From: a virus
IMG/VR virus record: IMGVR_UViG_3300042923_000626
Direction: 5' to 3' (one strand)
Length of the DNA stretch: 38,480 bases
Position numbers and translations under genes: made by a program. The notes beneath the pieces were generated by a model. The model searched no databases. It was not told the origin of the DNA and was given only the letters and a program-made list of their open reading frames with translations. Positions 1-8,984 of this stretch are shown here, piece by piece (positions within the stretch are counted from its first letter, which is position 1; each line of letters begins with the position of its first letter).

Positions 1-127
1 CCTTGGGCTTTCTCCAAAAATATCATTTTCATTAATATCCTGTCTTAAATGAATAATATCAGTGTAAGGATATGTAACAATAACTCCATTACGATTAGTA
101 AATCTTAGGAATAAATCGCCTGTAGAG
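1..127. repeat. Terminal direct repeat, identical to 38354..38480 (circular-contig overlap)
   Basis: Read directly: ccttgggctttctcc...cgcctgtagag occurs at both window ends and lies inside an uninterrupted ORF. Confidence 0.95.
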
Positions 128-525
128 TTGTATAAGGCTTCTACTCCTGCGCATGGAATATTGTACATTTCTAAAGGATAACCGTTGTCGTCTCTTACCA
201 ATAGAGCAAAAGCATTATTATTTAGTGCTAATTGAGTTGCCATCTTTTCTCTAAATACAGACCCAGTCATTAAAGGGTTAGGTTCTTCATACAGAAATCT
301 TATATAAGGCTCAGGATTAACTGAAAAGCCTTGTTGAGAATTGTTTCTAATATGTTGAGGTATAAGTTTACCTACAGCCTTAACTTTTGGTCTTATACAG
401 GCTCTAACAATATCAGATTTATATATATTGCCATTCCACATATAAAAGCCATTGCCCTTATCTTCAATCATTTCAAACCTTGCTTGAGTTACACTTCTAT
501 TAAATAAATTTTTAATGAATCCCAC
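1..525 (-). CDS. Portal protein, HK97 family, N-terminal 175 codons (continues from 38480 across the circular junction)
   Basis: Open minus-strand frame from a GTG at 525 preceded by GGGGGTGAAA. It is in frame with ORF 37682..38338 once the 127-bp overlap is removed. Translation starts VGFIKNLFNRS...NPLMTGSVFREKMATQLALNNNAF. Sits just downstream of terL. Confidence 0.85.
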   Translation of the reverse strand, partial: MGFIKNLFNRSVTQARFEMIEDKGNGFYMWNGNIYKSDIVRACIRPKVKAVGKLIPQHIRNNSQQGFSVNPEPYIRFLYEEPNPLMTGSVFREKMATQLALNNNAFALLVRDDNGYPLEMYNIPCAGVEALYNSTGDLFLRFTNRNGVIVTYPYTDIIHLRQDINENDIFGESPR

Positions 526-556
526 TTTAATTTCACCCCCTCTCTAGCCTGTAGAG

Positions 557-2401
557 TTAAATAACTGACATATAAGCTTCATACATTCGCTCTAGTTGTA
601 CATAAGCATCTAACAATGAAGCTAGTCCGTCAATACGCCTACGTGGATTGCTTGTCTTTATAGGCTGTATATTATCATTCTTATCAATGTCTATTGCAGT
701 ATTAGTTAAACACCATTTAAGAATTGGATTATTATTATAATTAATTATGTTATTCTCTAAATCAGCGCCTAGATTTTTCATAGGTCCGCTTAAAGTTTTC
801 TTTCCTTGAATAACTTGTTGCCATGTATCTTTGCCAAATGTATTATGCATTTCTTCTACCCAATAAGCAGCACTCCACGCATCATATCCACCCGAGTATA
901 TATAAATATCATAAGTATTTTGAATCTCTAAAAACCACTCGGTAACATACTTATAATGTACCTTGTTTCCTGGTGTAGTTCTTAATAATCCCATATCTCT
1001 CCATAAGTCATATGGGATTTTGTCTTCTTGTACTCTTTTTTCAAGTAGATCTTCAGGCAAAAAGTACATTTGCATAGCAAATATTTCTTCTTTTCCTGGA
1101 ACTTTGAATATAATAGTTGCACATGTTAAGTCAGTAGTACTAGACAAATCCGCACCACCTATACCATAACGTGGCTTTAGTTCCTCTAGAGTATAAATAG
1201 CAGTATTATTAGCCTGTTCAAAAGTCAACCATGCTTCAGCGCTTGTTTCTCTTATATTAAAATCTTTGCATAATAGATTTTTAACTAATAATGGATTAGC
1301 TTTAGCCTTATTTACTTTAGTAATTAATTGATCTATCTTTTTAATAGTTCCTAAACCTGGATTAGCTTTTATAAAGCAATCTTCATCCATCCACTCATTT
1401 CTATTATCTAATTCATACACTATAGGCAAGAATGACTCGTCTTTATATCCATTTTCATCATCATAGCCATTTATAACTCTTTCAGCTTCATCATATTTAA
1501 TGTCATATACACATTCTCTTACTGTTCCAGCTGTTGTTGTTATAAATATCAATGGTTCTTCTCTTGCTGTTGTACCATCTACAATAACGTCATATAGGTT
1601 CTTGTCCTGCCATGCATGTATTTCATCCAATAATGCACAATGTACATTTAAACCATCTAAACTATCACTATCACGCCCTAAAGGCCTAAAAAAAGAATCG
1701 TTAAAATCTGCTGTCAACTCCCCAACTAAAGTTTTAATTCTTTTCTTGAGAGTTTTCGACTTATTAACCATTCTCTTTGATTCTAACCATATTATTTTTG
1801 CTTGATCTTTCTTGGTAGCACATGCATAAATCTCGGCTCCTGGTTCACCATCCGCAACCTGCATATATAATCCTATAGCGGCAGCTAGTGTTGACTTACC
1901 GTTCTTTCTAGCAACTACAAGTAAAACTTCTTTATGCTTTCTGAGTCCAGTTATCTTATGAACTATACCAAATGTTGCAGCTACTAAAGCCTTTTGCCAT
2001 AACTCTAATATAAATGGCTTACCGCCCATCTTGCCTTTAGAGTGTTTACAATAGTTTTCTACAAATTCAATAGCATGATTTGCTTTATGATTATCATATT
2101 CCCACTCACTTGTAGGATCATTAATTATTCTTATTAGTTCTTTATATACTTTATAAACTTTATAACTTGTATTAATTGCACCAGTAGTAGCCTTTATCTC
2201 ATTAAGTTCTTTTGTAAGTTCTGCTAATTCATTTTCTTTAGCCTTAAGTTTAACTTCGTCAAGTTCTTTTTTGATGATGAATATTTCTTTCTTTAAATTT
2301 TCTACTTTTTGAAATAGTGGCTTATATTTTATTTTTTCCCAGTATTCTTCTACAGGATTATAAGCCAAGTCATAAATTATTTTTCTTACTGCTTTACTCA
2401 T
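557..2401 (-). CDS. terL: Terminase large subunit
   Basis: 614 aa. Terminase_1-like ATPase (GGKPFILELWQK, LLVVARKNGKST Walker A-like) plus a C-terminal nuclease region. Start overlaps the terS stop by 4 nt. Confidence 0.9.
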   Translation of the reverse strand: MSKAVRKIIYDLAYNPVEEYWEKIKYKPLFQKVENLKKEIFIIKKELDEVKLKAKENELAELTKELNEIKATTGAINTSYKVYKVYKELIRIINDPTSEWEYDNHKANHAIEFVENYCKHSKGKMGGKPFILELWQKALVAATFGIVHKITGLRKHKEVLLVVARKNGKSTLAAAIGLYMQVADGEPGAEIYACATKKDQAKIIWLESKRMVNKSKTLKKRIKTLVGELTADFNDSFFRPLGRDSDSLDGLNVHCALLDEIHAWQDKNLYDVIVDGTTAREEPLIFITTTAGTVRECVYDIKYDEAERVINGYDDENGYKDESFLPIVYELDNRNEWMDEDCFIKANPGLGTIKKIDQLITKVNKAKANPLLVKNLLCKDFNIRETSAEAWLTFEQANNTAIYTLEELKPRYGIGGADLSSTTDLTCATIIFKVPGKEEIFAMQMYFLPEDLLEKRVQEDKIPYDLWRDMGLLRTTPGNKVHYKYVTEWFLEIQNTYDIYIYSGGYDAWSAAYWVEEMHNTFGKDTWQQVIQGKKTLSGPMKNLGADLENNIINYNNNPILKWCLTNTAIDIDKNDNIQPIKTSNPRRRIDGLASLLDAYVQLERMYEAYMSVI

Positions 2402-2781
2402 TTGCTTGCCACAAACTCATCAAAATCATCATCATCATTTTTATCTCCTGGAGAATTGTCACCTTTAGGAAGTAAATCAATCAATTGCTTCATGACTGCA
2501 CTATGATTTTTTATCATGGTGTTATATATTTCAACTTCACTACATTTTTTAATACCTTTTTGAGTAGCTCCATTCTGATATTCTTCAGTGTAACCCTTTT
2601 GGTTTATTATTTCCTGTAGATCTTCAAGACTTATAGCCATAAAAGCAGCATTCTTAATGAGAGATTGTACAGTTTTTTTAGTTTCAGGTTCTATCTTTGC
2701 AAATATACCGTTAAGTCTCTTTTCCTCTGCCTTTATCCTTTTATTTTTCTCTAAATACTTCTTACTTTCTCCATCTTCCAT
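2398..2781 (-). CDS. terS: Terminase small subunit (P27-family-like)
   Basis: 127 aa with an acidic C-terminus, immediately upstream of and overlapping terL. RBS GGAAGTGA lies before the ATG. Confidence 0.7.
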   Translation of the reverse strand: MEDGESKKYLEKNKRIKAEEKRLNGIFAKIEPETKKTVQSLIKNAAFMAISLEDLQEIINQKGYTEEYQNGATQKGIKKCSEVEIYNTMIKNHSAVMKQLIDLLPKGDNSPGDKNDDDDFDEFVASK

Positions 2782-2878
2782 TAAAAATCACTTCCTTTCT
2801 TGACTACACCCCTTACGTGAAATTAATCGTGCATTCTTTGTCTGTCCACTCATCGGTCTCCAAATGAGATTTCTTAAA
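2782..2878. other. Candidate cos region between the HNH and terS genes
   Basis: Non-coding stretch locally richer in GC (gactacaccccttacgtg here; ggggggactagac lies just past the end, at about 2888..2900). It is in the position where HNH-dependent HK97-like cos phages carry cos. Confidence 0.3.
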
Positions 2879-3040
2879 TTATTTTATGGGGGGACTAGAC
2901 TCTTTCATATTTAATACTCTTTCAATATCGCATGAACATATTGGAACACCTCTTTTATTATTCTCAATCATCTTGGTTAAATATTGTATTTGAGATTCAT
3001 TTAATTTGTATCCATTGCATTTACATGACACCTTAATCAT
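2879..3040 (-). CDS. Hypothetical small protein (53 aa, Cys-containing)
   Basis: Hand-translated MIKVSCKCNGYKLNESQIQYLTKMIENNKRGVPICSCDIERVLNMKESSPPIK. Its ATG overlaps the HNH stop. Below the cutoff of the ORF track. Confidence 0.4.
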   Translation of the reverse strand: MIKVSCKCNGYKLNESQIQYLTKMIENNKRGVPICSCDIERVLNMKESSPPIK

Positions 3041-3329
3041 TCCTTTCAATCAATTCTCCATACTCATTAAACATTAATCCATCTCTTGTATTATCTTTCT
3101 TGGCATGTCTTTTATGATGGCAATCCTTACAAAGTAATATAAGATTACTTTCACCTAATGTAATATTAGTATCATTAATATTATCTGGACTTAAGAACTC
3201 TTTGTGATGTACTTCCTTACCTGGCTTACCACAATCAGCACATAGCCCATGATACTTATTAAAGATATATTCTCTTGTTTGTTTCCATGCTTTAGATTTA
3301 TAAAAACTTTTACTAAACTCTCTTGCCAT
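3033..3329 (-). CDS. HNH endonuclease (packaging-associated)
   Basis: 98 aa with CADCG...HHKEF...LLCKDCHHKRH, an HNH/zinc-finger motif. Located upstream of terS/terL as in HK97-like cos phages. Confidence 0.85.
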   Translation of the reverse strand: MAREFSKSFYKSKAWKQTREYIFNKYHGLCADCGKPGKEVHHKEFLSPDNINDTNITLGESNLILLCKDCHHKRHAKKDNTRDGLMFNEYGELIERND

Positions 3330-3587
3330 CTAATCACCTTTTTTATATCTTTCCCAAAACCCTTCATTAAGCTCTCCAAACATATCTTCCCAATGAGTAG
3401 TAAAAAGTTTTATGCCTTCTTTATTAACTTGATACTCATATTCTTTTACTTGAATATCATTAGCCATACTTTCTAGTTTATTAGCTAATTGTCTAACCAC
3501 TTCATCCTTTTCACCTGTAGTATACCAATACTCACGAACTAAATCGGCAATGCTATCTAACAATTTGCTCTTTTCTTTAATATTCAC
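3330..3587 (-). CDS. Hypothetical protein, first gene of the late operon
   Basis: 85-aa ORF with a GTG start preceded by AGAAGGTGA. Directly abuts the HNH gene. Confidence 0.55.
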   Translation of the reverse strand: MNIKEKSKLLDSIADLVREYWYTTGEKDEVVRQLANKLESMANDIQVKEYEYQVNKEGIKLFTTHWEDMFGELNEGFWERYKKGD

Positions 3588-3699
3588 CTTATCACCTTCT
3601 TATATAAGCTTATTAGCCTCATACTCTAGCCTAAACATATTAATCATATACTTTATCATCTATGTTACTTAATGCCTGTACAAGGCTATAAACTGCATT

Positions 3700-3734
3700 A
3701 AAAAAGACACCTACATAATTAATATGTAAATGTC
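3700..3734 (-). terminator. Rho-independent terminator between the late activator gene and the late operon
   Basis: On the minus strand: GACATTTACAT-attaatt-ATGTAGGTGTC. This gives an 11-bp stem, two pairs being G-U, followed by TTTTTT. Confidence 0.7.
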
Positions 3735-3861
3735 TAAAGTAAAGAATTATTTCTCTTAACTAACTCTTCCAACAATATAATTATCTCATGGATATTAGTA
3801 TATAAAACTATGTCTTAAAGAGTTTAAAACTACATAAAAAAGGTATTAAAACTAGATTATG

Positions 3862-4317
3862 TTAAGGGAATATTGATTCAATAAGACTATTAATTATTTT
3901 GTTCCTTAATTGCTGGCAGTAATCTTTATTGAAGCTTAATTCCATACCTATCTCAATCCAACTCTTTTTATATTTGCTTAAGTATCTCATTTCAACCAGC
4001 TTGTACTCATTCTCTTTTAAATCCTTTAGAGCATTATATATTTTAGTTCTCAATGCCATCTTATCAGCCTTTAGAGACTTAAGTCTTGCTATCTCCTGTT
4101 CCATATAAATAGATCTGTGAATTACTTCATCTTCAACGTTGCTATGAAATGCATTAGTTGGACTTCCTTTATCCTCGTAACTAACCGCCTTTAGAGTAAT
4201 ATCATTCCTTAAGTGTTCTATGTCTATATCTATGTTATTAATAGCTGTATCAAGTTTCCTATAATCATATAATGTCTTTTCCATCTTTTTAAATTTATCT
4301 TCCAAGTTTATCACCAC
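3862..4317 (-). CDS. RinA/ArpU-family late transcriptional activator (sigma-70 region-4-like)
   Basis: 151 aa. N-terminal LYDYRKLDTAINN and C-terminal MRYLSKYKKSWIEIGMELSF helix-turn-helix. It is the last gene before the packaging module. Confidence 0.6.
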   Translation of the reverse strand: MVINLEDKFKKMEKTLYDYRKLDTAINNIDIDIEHLRNDITLKAVSYEDKGSPTNAFHSNVEDEVIHRSIYMEQEIARLKSLKADKMALRTKIYNALKDLKENEYKLVEMRYLSKYKKSWIEIGMELSFNKDYCQQLRNKIINSLIESIFP

Positions 4318-4322
4318 CTAGG

Positions 4323-4706
4323 CTATTTTAATAATTCTGGATTCTCATAAATGTTTCCTATAACTTTATCACCAAATCTTTTTGATTTTGTATCACCTAT
4401 ATCGTTATATAGAGTCTCTATATATGATTCACCTCTATAATTTCTTTTAACCTTTAAACAATATTTCCACGAATTATCTTTCCAGATTACATATCTTACA
4501 TATCCATCATAAGATTCAGTTATATCACCCTCATAAATTGCATTATCATTCTTATCTTTTAAGCCTGTATATTGCATCAAATAAAAATCTTCTATATTCT
4601 CCCACTCAGCATTGTAAATATGCAGTGTATTTTCACCTAAAAAATCTACTGATTCCATTTTAATATTTTCTTTATCCCATGCTCTAAATTTAATTACTCT
4701 ACTCAT
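4323..4706 (-). CDS. YopX family protein
   Basis: 127 aa with IKFRAWDK...LMQYTGLKDKNDNAIYEGDI...GNIYENPELL, the typical YopX signature. Confidence 0.8.
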   Translation of the reverse strand: MSRVIKFRAWDKENIKMESVDFLGENTLHIYNAEWENIEDFYLMQYTGLKDKNDNAIYEGDITESYDGYVRYVIWKDNSWKYCLKVKRNYRGESYIETLYNDIGDTKSKRFGDKVIGNIYENPELLK

Positions 4707-4893
4707 TTATTACACCTCTCTTGATTTCAAACTCTTTAATTTCCTTAATAAGCTTTTTCTTTTCTGCCTGTAGTGGAATAATAATCTTGTCTTGATTCAC
4801 CTTAGATATCTTTTTGATTCTATATGCACTTCTTAGTTGCTTATCTACTTCTTTTAATCTATCTTTTTTAACTTCTAACATATCAATTGACAT
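4699..4893 (-). CDS. Hypothetical protein (64 aa, lysine-rich coiled coil)
   Basis: ORF overlaps the YopX start by 8 nt. RBS GAGGTGAA lies upstream. Confidence 0.5.
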   Translation of the reverse strand: MSIDMLEVKKDRLKEVDKQLRSAYRIKKISKVNQDKIIIPLQAEKKKLIKEIKEFEIKRGVINE

Positions 4894-4914
4894 ATAAATT
4901 CACCTCATTTTTAA

Positions 4915-5325
4915 TCTCAGAACAAAAAATAACAAGTTTATAACAAGAAAATAACAAGTTTTTTAACTTTTTGTTATCCCTGTAACCGTTGATATAACTA
5001 ACCTGTAGGGTTCTCATAACAAAATAACAAGAATTTTTAAAATATACACCCTATCTTTATATATAAGGATGTATATACCTTTTCTCATCTATAGTATATA
5101 TATATTTATATTTTTTGTTATTTATATAATATATATATATAAGGATGGCTTAACCATGCGGTATGAGGCACATAACAAAACCGAAAAAATTCTTGTTATA
5201 TCCAGTTTTTAACATCACCTTCAAAGCTTTGGTACCACTGGCCTAGAGTACATAACAAAAAATATTTGATTTTTGTTATTTTTTTGTTATTTTCTTGTTA
5301 TGGCTCTATAGGTTGGACTACTTCA
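4915..5325. repeat. Iteron/AT-rich element, copy A (inverted homolog of 20845..21232); candidate replication origin
   Basis: 13 exact ATAACAA/TTGTTAT heptamers. Outer triplets are phased at 11 bp (4929, 4940, 4951 and 5273, 5284, 5295). ATAACAA-N14-TTGTTAT pairs start at 5172 and 5252. A central (TA)n tract runs about 5060-5140. Confidence 0.8.
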
Positions 5326-5350
5326 AATTTTAGTATTGCGAACTATTATC

Positions 5351-5764
5351 TTATTCTTTTACTATGTTATTTTCTTTCATTTTTTCACCTATTACTTTAA
5401 GTGCATATTCAAATCCTTCTTTGAATCCCTGTAAATACTTTCTATCTGTTCTACAAGTATTTCTTTTATATTTTTCTATTTCTTTCTTTGTTAATAAATT
5501 TTTTATTTCCATTGATATTACTCCTTCACCATTTAAACATGCATCCGTTTTAGAATCTTGAACTACATCAAAACATTCCTCTAACCAATTAAAGACCATT
5601 TTTAAGCTATATGAACTGTACCCTATATGGCATTCTCCATCATCAATGGGATAATATTTAATCTCGTAATATGGTTTTTTCATATTCCCATGAACAACTA
5701 TCTCTGCACTTGTTACTTTGATTTTCTCAATTTCATTATTTTCTTCAGATTTAAAATCTTTCAT
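5351..5764 (-). CDS. Hypothetical protein
   Basis: 137-aa ORF co-oriented with the early operon. No motif recognised. Confidence 0.55.
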   Translation of the reverse strand: MKDFKSEENNEIEKIKVTSAEIVVHGNMKKPYYEIKYYPIDDGECHIGYSSYSLKMVFNWLEECFDVVQDSKTDACLNGEGVISMEIKNLLTKKEIEKYKRNTCRTDRKYLQGFKEGFEYALKVIGEKMKENNIVKE

Positions 5765-5853
5765 TTTTACAACACCTTTCTTTCATATCATCTACATCTT
5801 ACATATTAAATTTCATCCTTAAATTTAGAATATTTTATAGCATTTTCCCAACA

Positions 5854-6048
5854 TTACTTGCAATCATCATCCAATTCACAGTGTTTAATATAAGGACAAT
5901 CTATTTCAGTATCATCTTTTGTATTAATTAATACAAAACACTCTTCATCAGAATCTGTTAAATCTAAAACTTTAAATTTTTCATTAAATTCGCTTCTTGT
6001 GTTTTCTTTTACCAATTTTTCAAATGATTTATTAATCAAAGTTATCAC
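5854..6048 (-). CDS. Hypothetical protein (64 aa, acidic, Cys-containing)
   Basis: Co-oriented ORF. No motif recognised. Confidence 0.45.
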   Translation of the reverse strand: MITLINKSFEKLVKENTRSEFNEKFKVLDLTDSDEECFVLINTKDDTEIDCPYIKHCELDDDCK

Positions 6049-6080
6049 TCCTTTAGCTTGGCTAATTTTAGTATGATGTA

Positions 6081-6326
6081 CTAAAAGCCACCACTATTTC
6101 TATATGACCCATAGGTTTTTACAATAATACCACTTTCATTCAAACTGTCATGTAATACATCTCCACCTTTAGCCCAACAATCTCCTATAACTGTTGTTTC
6201 ATTGGCATCAATCTTTGATATAGCGTGTAAACTTTCATCCATACCATAAAAATTTATTTTTAGTTCTCTACATTTCTTAAATGCTCTTTCTAAAGATTTT
6301 ATTGCCTTTAATTGTTCTTTATCCAA
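6081..6326 (-). CDS. Hypothetical protein
   Basis: 81-aa co-oriented ORF. Confidence 0.5.
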   Translation of the reverse strand: MDKEQLKAIKSLERAFKKCRELKINFYGMDESLHAISKIDANETTVIGDCWAKGGDVLHDSLNESGIIVKTYGSYRNSGGF

Positions 6327-6372
6327 TTACGTCACCTCACTCACTTAATACGCAAATTCTACATATCACGCA

Positions 6373-8970
6373 TTATTTAGCAACACTAAATATATTCCGT
6401 TCAGCCATGTTAACAGCTTCTTCCATTAGGTCGCATTCAACTATTTCACCAACTCCAAGTTCTATAAGTTTGTCTGTATTGAATTCATCATACCAAGGCT
6501 TGGAACCAGTATCTTTATCAGTAAACTGTTTTTCATTAACCTTTAAAAGATATCCACTTTTCTTAGCTTGCTTTCTGAAATCTTTAATCTTGACCATGTT
6601 AATATCAACAGATTGATAATCACGCTGATACTTAAATAATGTATCTACCAATATTTGTGATCTTATAAATGTCCTCTTTTTTTCTGTTCTTACAGCTTTA
6701 AATGCACTTACATAATTACTGTCCTGTAGAATATCATTAAACAATGTTATCATCTGTTCTATGGTACTGTCCGTATCGTCTCCGTTGCTCAAAACTTCAT
6801 CACGTATGTTTTGTTCAATAGCACTTTCATACTCTTCTACAGGCTGTAACCCCTGTTTAATTAGCACCTTATTAAGCAATTCAATTCCGCAACTTATGTT
6901 AATTGCTGTGTTAAGCGGTCTATCCTTTAGAGTGAATTTATTTCTCAAGCCGATTCTAAGCTGCTTATATTCCTCTATAGGCAAGTTTAAGACTTCTAAT
7001 ATAAGGCTTTTACCTAACTTATTTAACAATTCTCTATGATCTTCTAACCAAAATATTGAGTTGCTAGTTTCTTTGGTTCTTTCACCTTTTCCCATGTAAA
7101 CTATGCAGCTTCTAGTAATAATTGCTTTTTCATTACCTGGTATCATTTCTTCACCTGCAACTATCATTGGTCTTGTTAACTTTACATCTTTAACGCCAAA
7201 ACCTTTATCACCTCTAGATATTGCGTCTCTATCATATGCAGATCTAAAAATATTACTTAATTCATCTTTCTTATACTGAGTCATTTTACTAGGTTTGAAT
7301 TCTTCATATACTATTGGATAATTTCCGACTGCTAATTCTTCTTTAATAGAATGGATTGTACTTGACATTGTTTTTTTATCGCATTTAGGATAATTAAGAA
7401 GTGGCATTAATACTTTTTCTAATATAGTAGTTTTACCTGTTTGGCTTTCACCAAGTAAGAATAAATGATGTAATTGTGAATCTAATCCTATGCTTTGTGC
7501 TACTTCTAAAAAGCTTAATGCACTACCTATAAGGCAAACTGCTTGATTGTAATTTATGAATCTGAATAGATGTTGCATAAGCTCCTGAAGCTCATTTTTC
7601 TCTATAGGCTCTATATCTAATATGTCAATGTTGCTATTTTCAGCTACACAACTTCTATCCATGGCGCCCGGTGTCAATGTGCCTGTAGATGTAATGATTT
7701 TAAATTGTTCAGTACCTTCTATAGGCAATATTTTAGTTCCGACATTTATCTCACTATTATCTACTGCAAAATACTTATTAACCCAACCTTTGAGCTTTAC
7801 TAATTCACCTACATTTATACCAGTAAAGCTAAAGTCCATGCCCAGGAAGTTTCTAAAGGTCCTGAGATCATCAAAAATCTTACTTGGTCCAATCTTTTCA
7901 ACTATCTTTCCATCTATACAGCTTTTAATCTTAAGCTTTATATTTTGTGTTCCTTCATCAACTCGATTTATCTTACTTGCCTCTAGAATATTAAAATCAG
8001 TTAAACGCTCTTTTTTAAATGAATCTTCTTCGTCTTTACTTTTCTTTAAGTAATAAATTCCTTCATTGTCCTGCTGTAGTTCATATTTATTCTTAAGGTC
8101 CAGTGATCTATCAAATGATTTTATTAACTCTTCTTTTGTATGTCCAGCCTGCAACCAATCCGTAACGTCAGCACCTTTTCCCATAGATTTAATACCGGGT
8201 AAATTTACTACTTTAAACATTGAAGCGCATTTTATAAAATTCTTTTTAATGTTTTCCAAATATTCAATTCCTGTTTTATCATTGTCTGGAATCACTAATA
8301 TTTTCATGAATTCAGCCTGTATTTTAGCGTAATCCTTAAAACATTTTATTGAAGTTGCTACATAATCTTTTTTGCTTAAGGTGTTATTTATCGTATTAAC
8401 ATCTTTTTCGCCCTCTAGGAAGACAATAGTTTTATTCTGTGCTATTCCTTGCAATAGATTGTAATAATTGTATGGCACTTCATCATGTAGCCTTTTATTA
8501 AAGACTTGTCCATCCTGTAGAGAATAATAAGGTGTTTCTTTCTTGCCATCAGGCTTCAAAAACTTAACTTTTGCATATATAGGATTGTTATTTTCATCTA
8601 CAAATACAAACACTCCTAAAGGCTTGTATCCTTGCTTATTTCCGCTCTTAACTTGCTTAGATACATAATCTTCTATTGCACTTTTAAACTCTTCTAAAGG
8701 CGTTCTAGTGACTTCCATGCCTAGATATTCTCTAGCTTCTTTATGGCTTAGATTTTTATATTCCATAATAAAGTCCACACAATCTCCGTATTTACCACTA
8801 TCACTAAAATCTTTGAATTGCCATTTGTTCTTATTACTATTGAAAAATACACTAAAAGAAGGTGTCTTTTCATTGGTAAATGGTGAGCATATTTTATTGT
8901 CCTTATTAAATCTCTGTCCTGTCTCAGCCTCTATAACTGCCTTTAGGTCTATATCTTGTATTTCTTTCAA
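6373..8970 (-). CDS. Bifunctional DNA primase/helicase (zinc-finger-like N-terminus, Toprim, P-loop NTPase)
   Basis: 865 aa. N-terminal CSPFTNEKTPSF resembles the DnaG CHC2 finger. Toprim-like FLEGEKDV...PDNDKTG. Walker A LLGESQTGKTT in the C-terminal half. Confidence 0.8.
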   Translation of the reverse strand: MKEIQDIDLKAVIEAETGQRFNKDNKICSPFTNEKTPSFSVFFNSNKNKWQFKDFSDSGKYGDCVDFIMEYKNLSHKEAREYLGMEVTRTPLEEFKSAIEDYVSKQVKSGNKQGYKPLGVFVFVDENNNPIYAKVKFLKPDGKKETPYYSLQDGQVFNKRLHDEVPYNYYNLLQGIAQNKTIVFLEGEKDVNTINNTLSKKDYVATSIKCFKDYAKIQAEFMKILVIPDNDKTGIEYLENIKKNFIKCASMFKVVNLPGIKSMGKGADVTDWLQAGHTKEELIKSFDRSLDLKNKYELQQDNEGIYYLKKSKDEEDSFKKERLTDFNILEASKINRVDEGTQNIKLKIKSCIDGKIVEKIGPSKIFDDLRTFRNFLGMDFSFTGINVGELVKLKGWVNKYFAVDNSEINVGTKILPIEGTEQFKIITSTGTLTPGAMDRSCVAENSNIDILDIEPIEKNELQELMQHLFRFINYNQAVCLIGSALSFLEVAQSIGLDSQLHHLFLLGESQTGKTTILEKVLMPLLNYPKCDKKTMSSTIHSIKEELAVGNYPIVYEEFKPSKMTQYKKDELSNIFRSAYDRDAISRGDKGFGVKDVKLTRPMIVAGEEMIPGNEKAIITRSCIVYMGKGERTKETSNSIFWLEDHRELLNKLGKSLILEVLNLPIEEYKQLRIGLRNKFTLKDRPLNTAINISCGIELLNKVLIKQGLQPVEEYESAIEQNIRDEVLSNGDDTDSTIEQMITLFNDILQDSNYVSAFKAVRTEKKRTFIRSQILVDTLFKYQRDYQSVDINMVKIKDFRKQAKKSGYLLKVNEKQFTDKDTGSKPWYDEFNTDKLIELGVGEIVECDLMEEAVNMAERNIFSVAK

Positions 8971-8984
8971 ACTCTTGCACCTCC

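Noticed and set aside
963-1805. Plus-strand ORFs 963..1169 and 1500..1805 inside terL. Other antisense ORFs of the same kind are at 5364, 5627, 6281, 6761, 7622, 8066, 8708, 14153, 17697, 23134, 25897, 26755, 30362, 30824, 31232, 32432, 34359, 34885 and 36800.
   Set aside because: They lie wholly antisense to long, well-supported genes. They lack an RBS and have S/L/I/F-rich low-complexity translations typical of the reverse frame of AT-rich coding DNA.
3191-3476. ORFs 3191..3379 (-) and 3249..3476 (+) overlapping the HNH gene and the 85-aa gene.
   Set aside because: These are alternative frames of well-supported genes. The HNH motif identifies the true frame.
4915-5325. CRISPR array or tandem-repeat RNA (ToxI-like) in the iteron regions.
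   Set aside because: The repeats are only 7 nt, occur in both orientations, and have 8, 11 or 14-nt spacing. There is no spacer-like unique sequence and no cas or toxin gene nearby.
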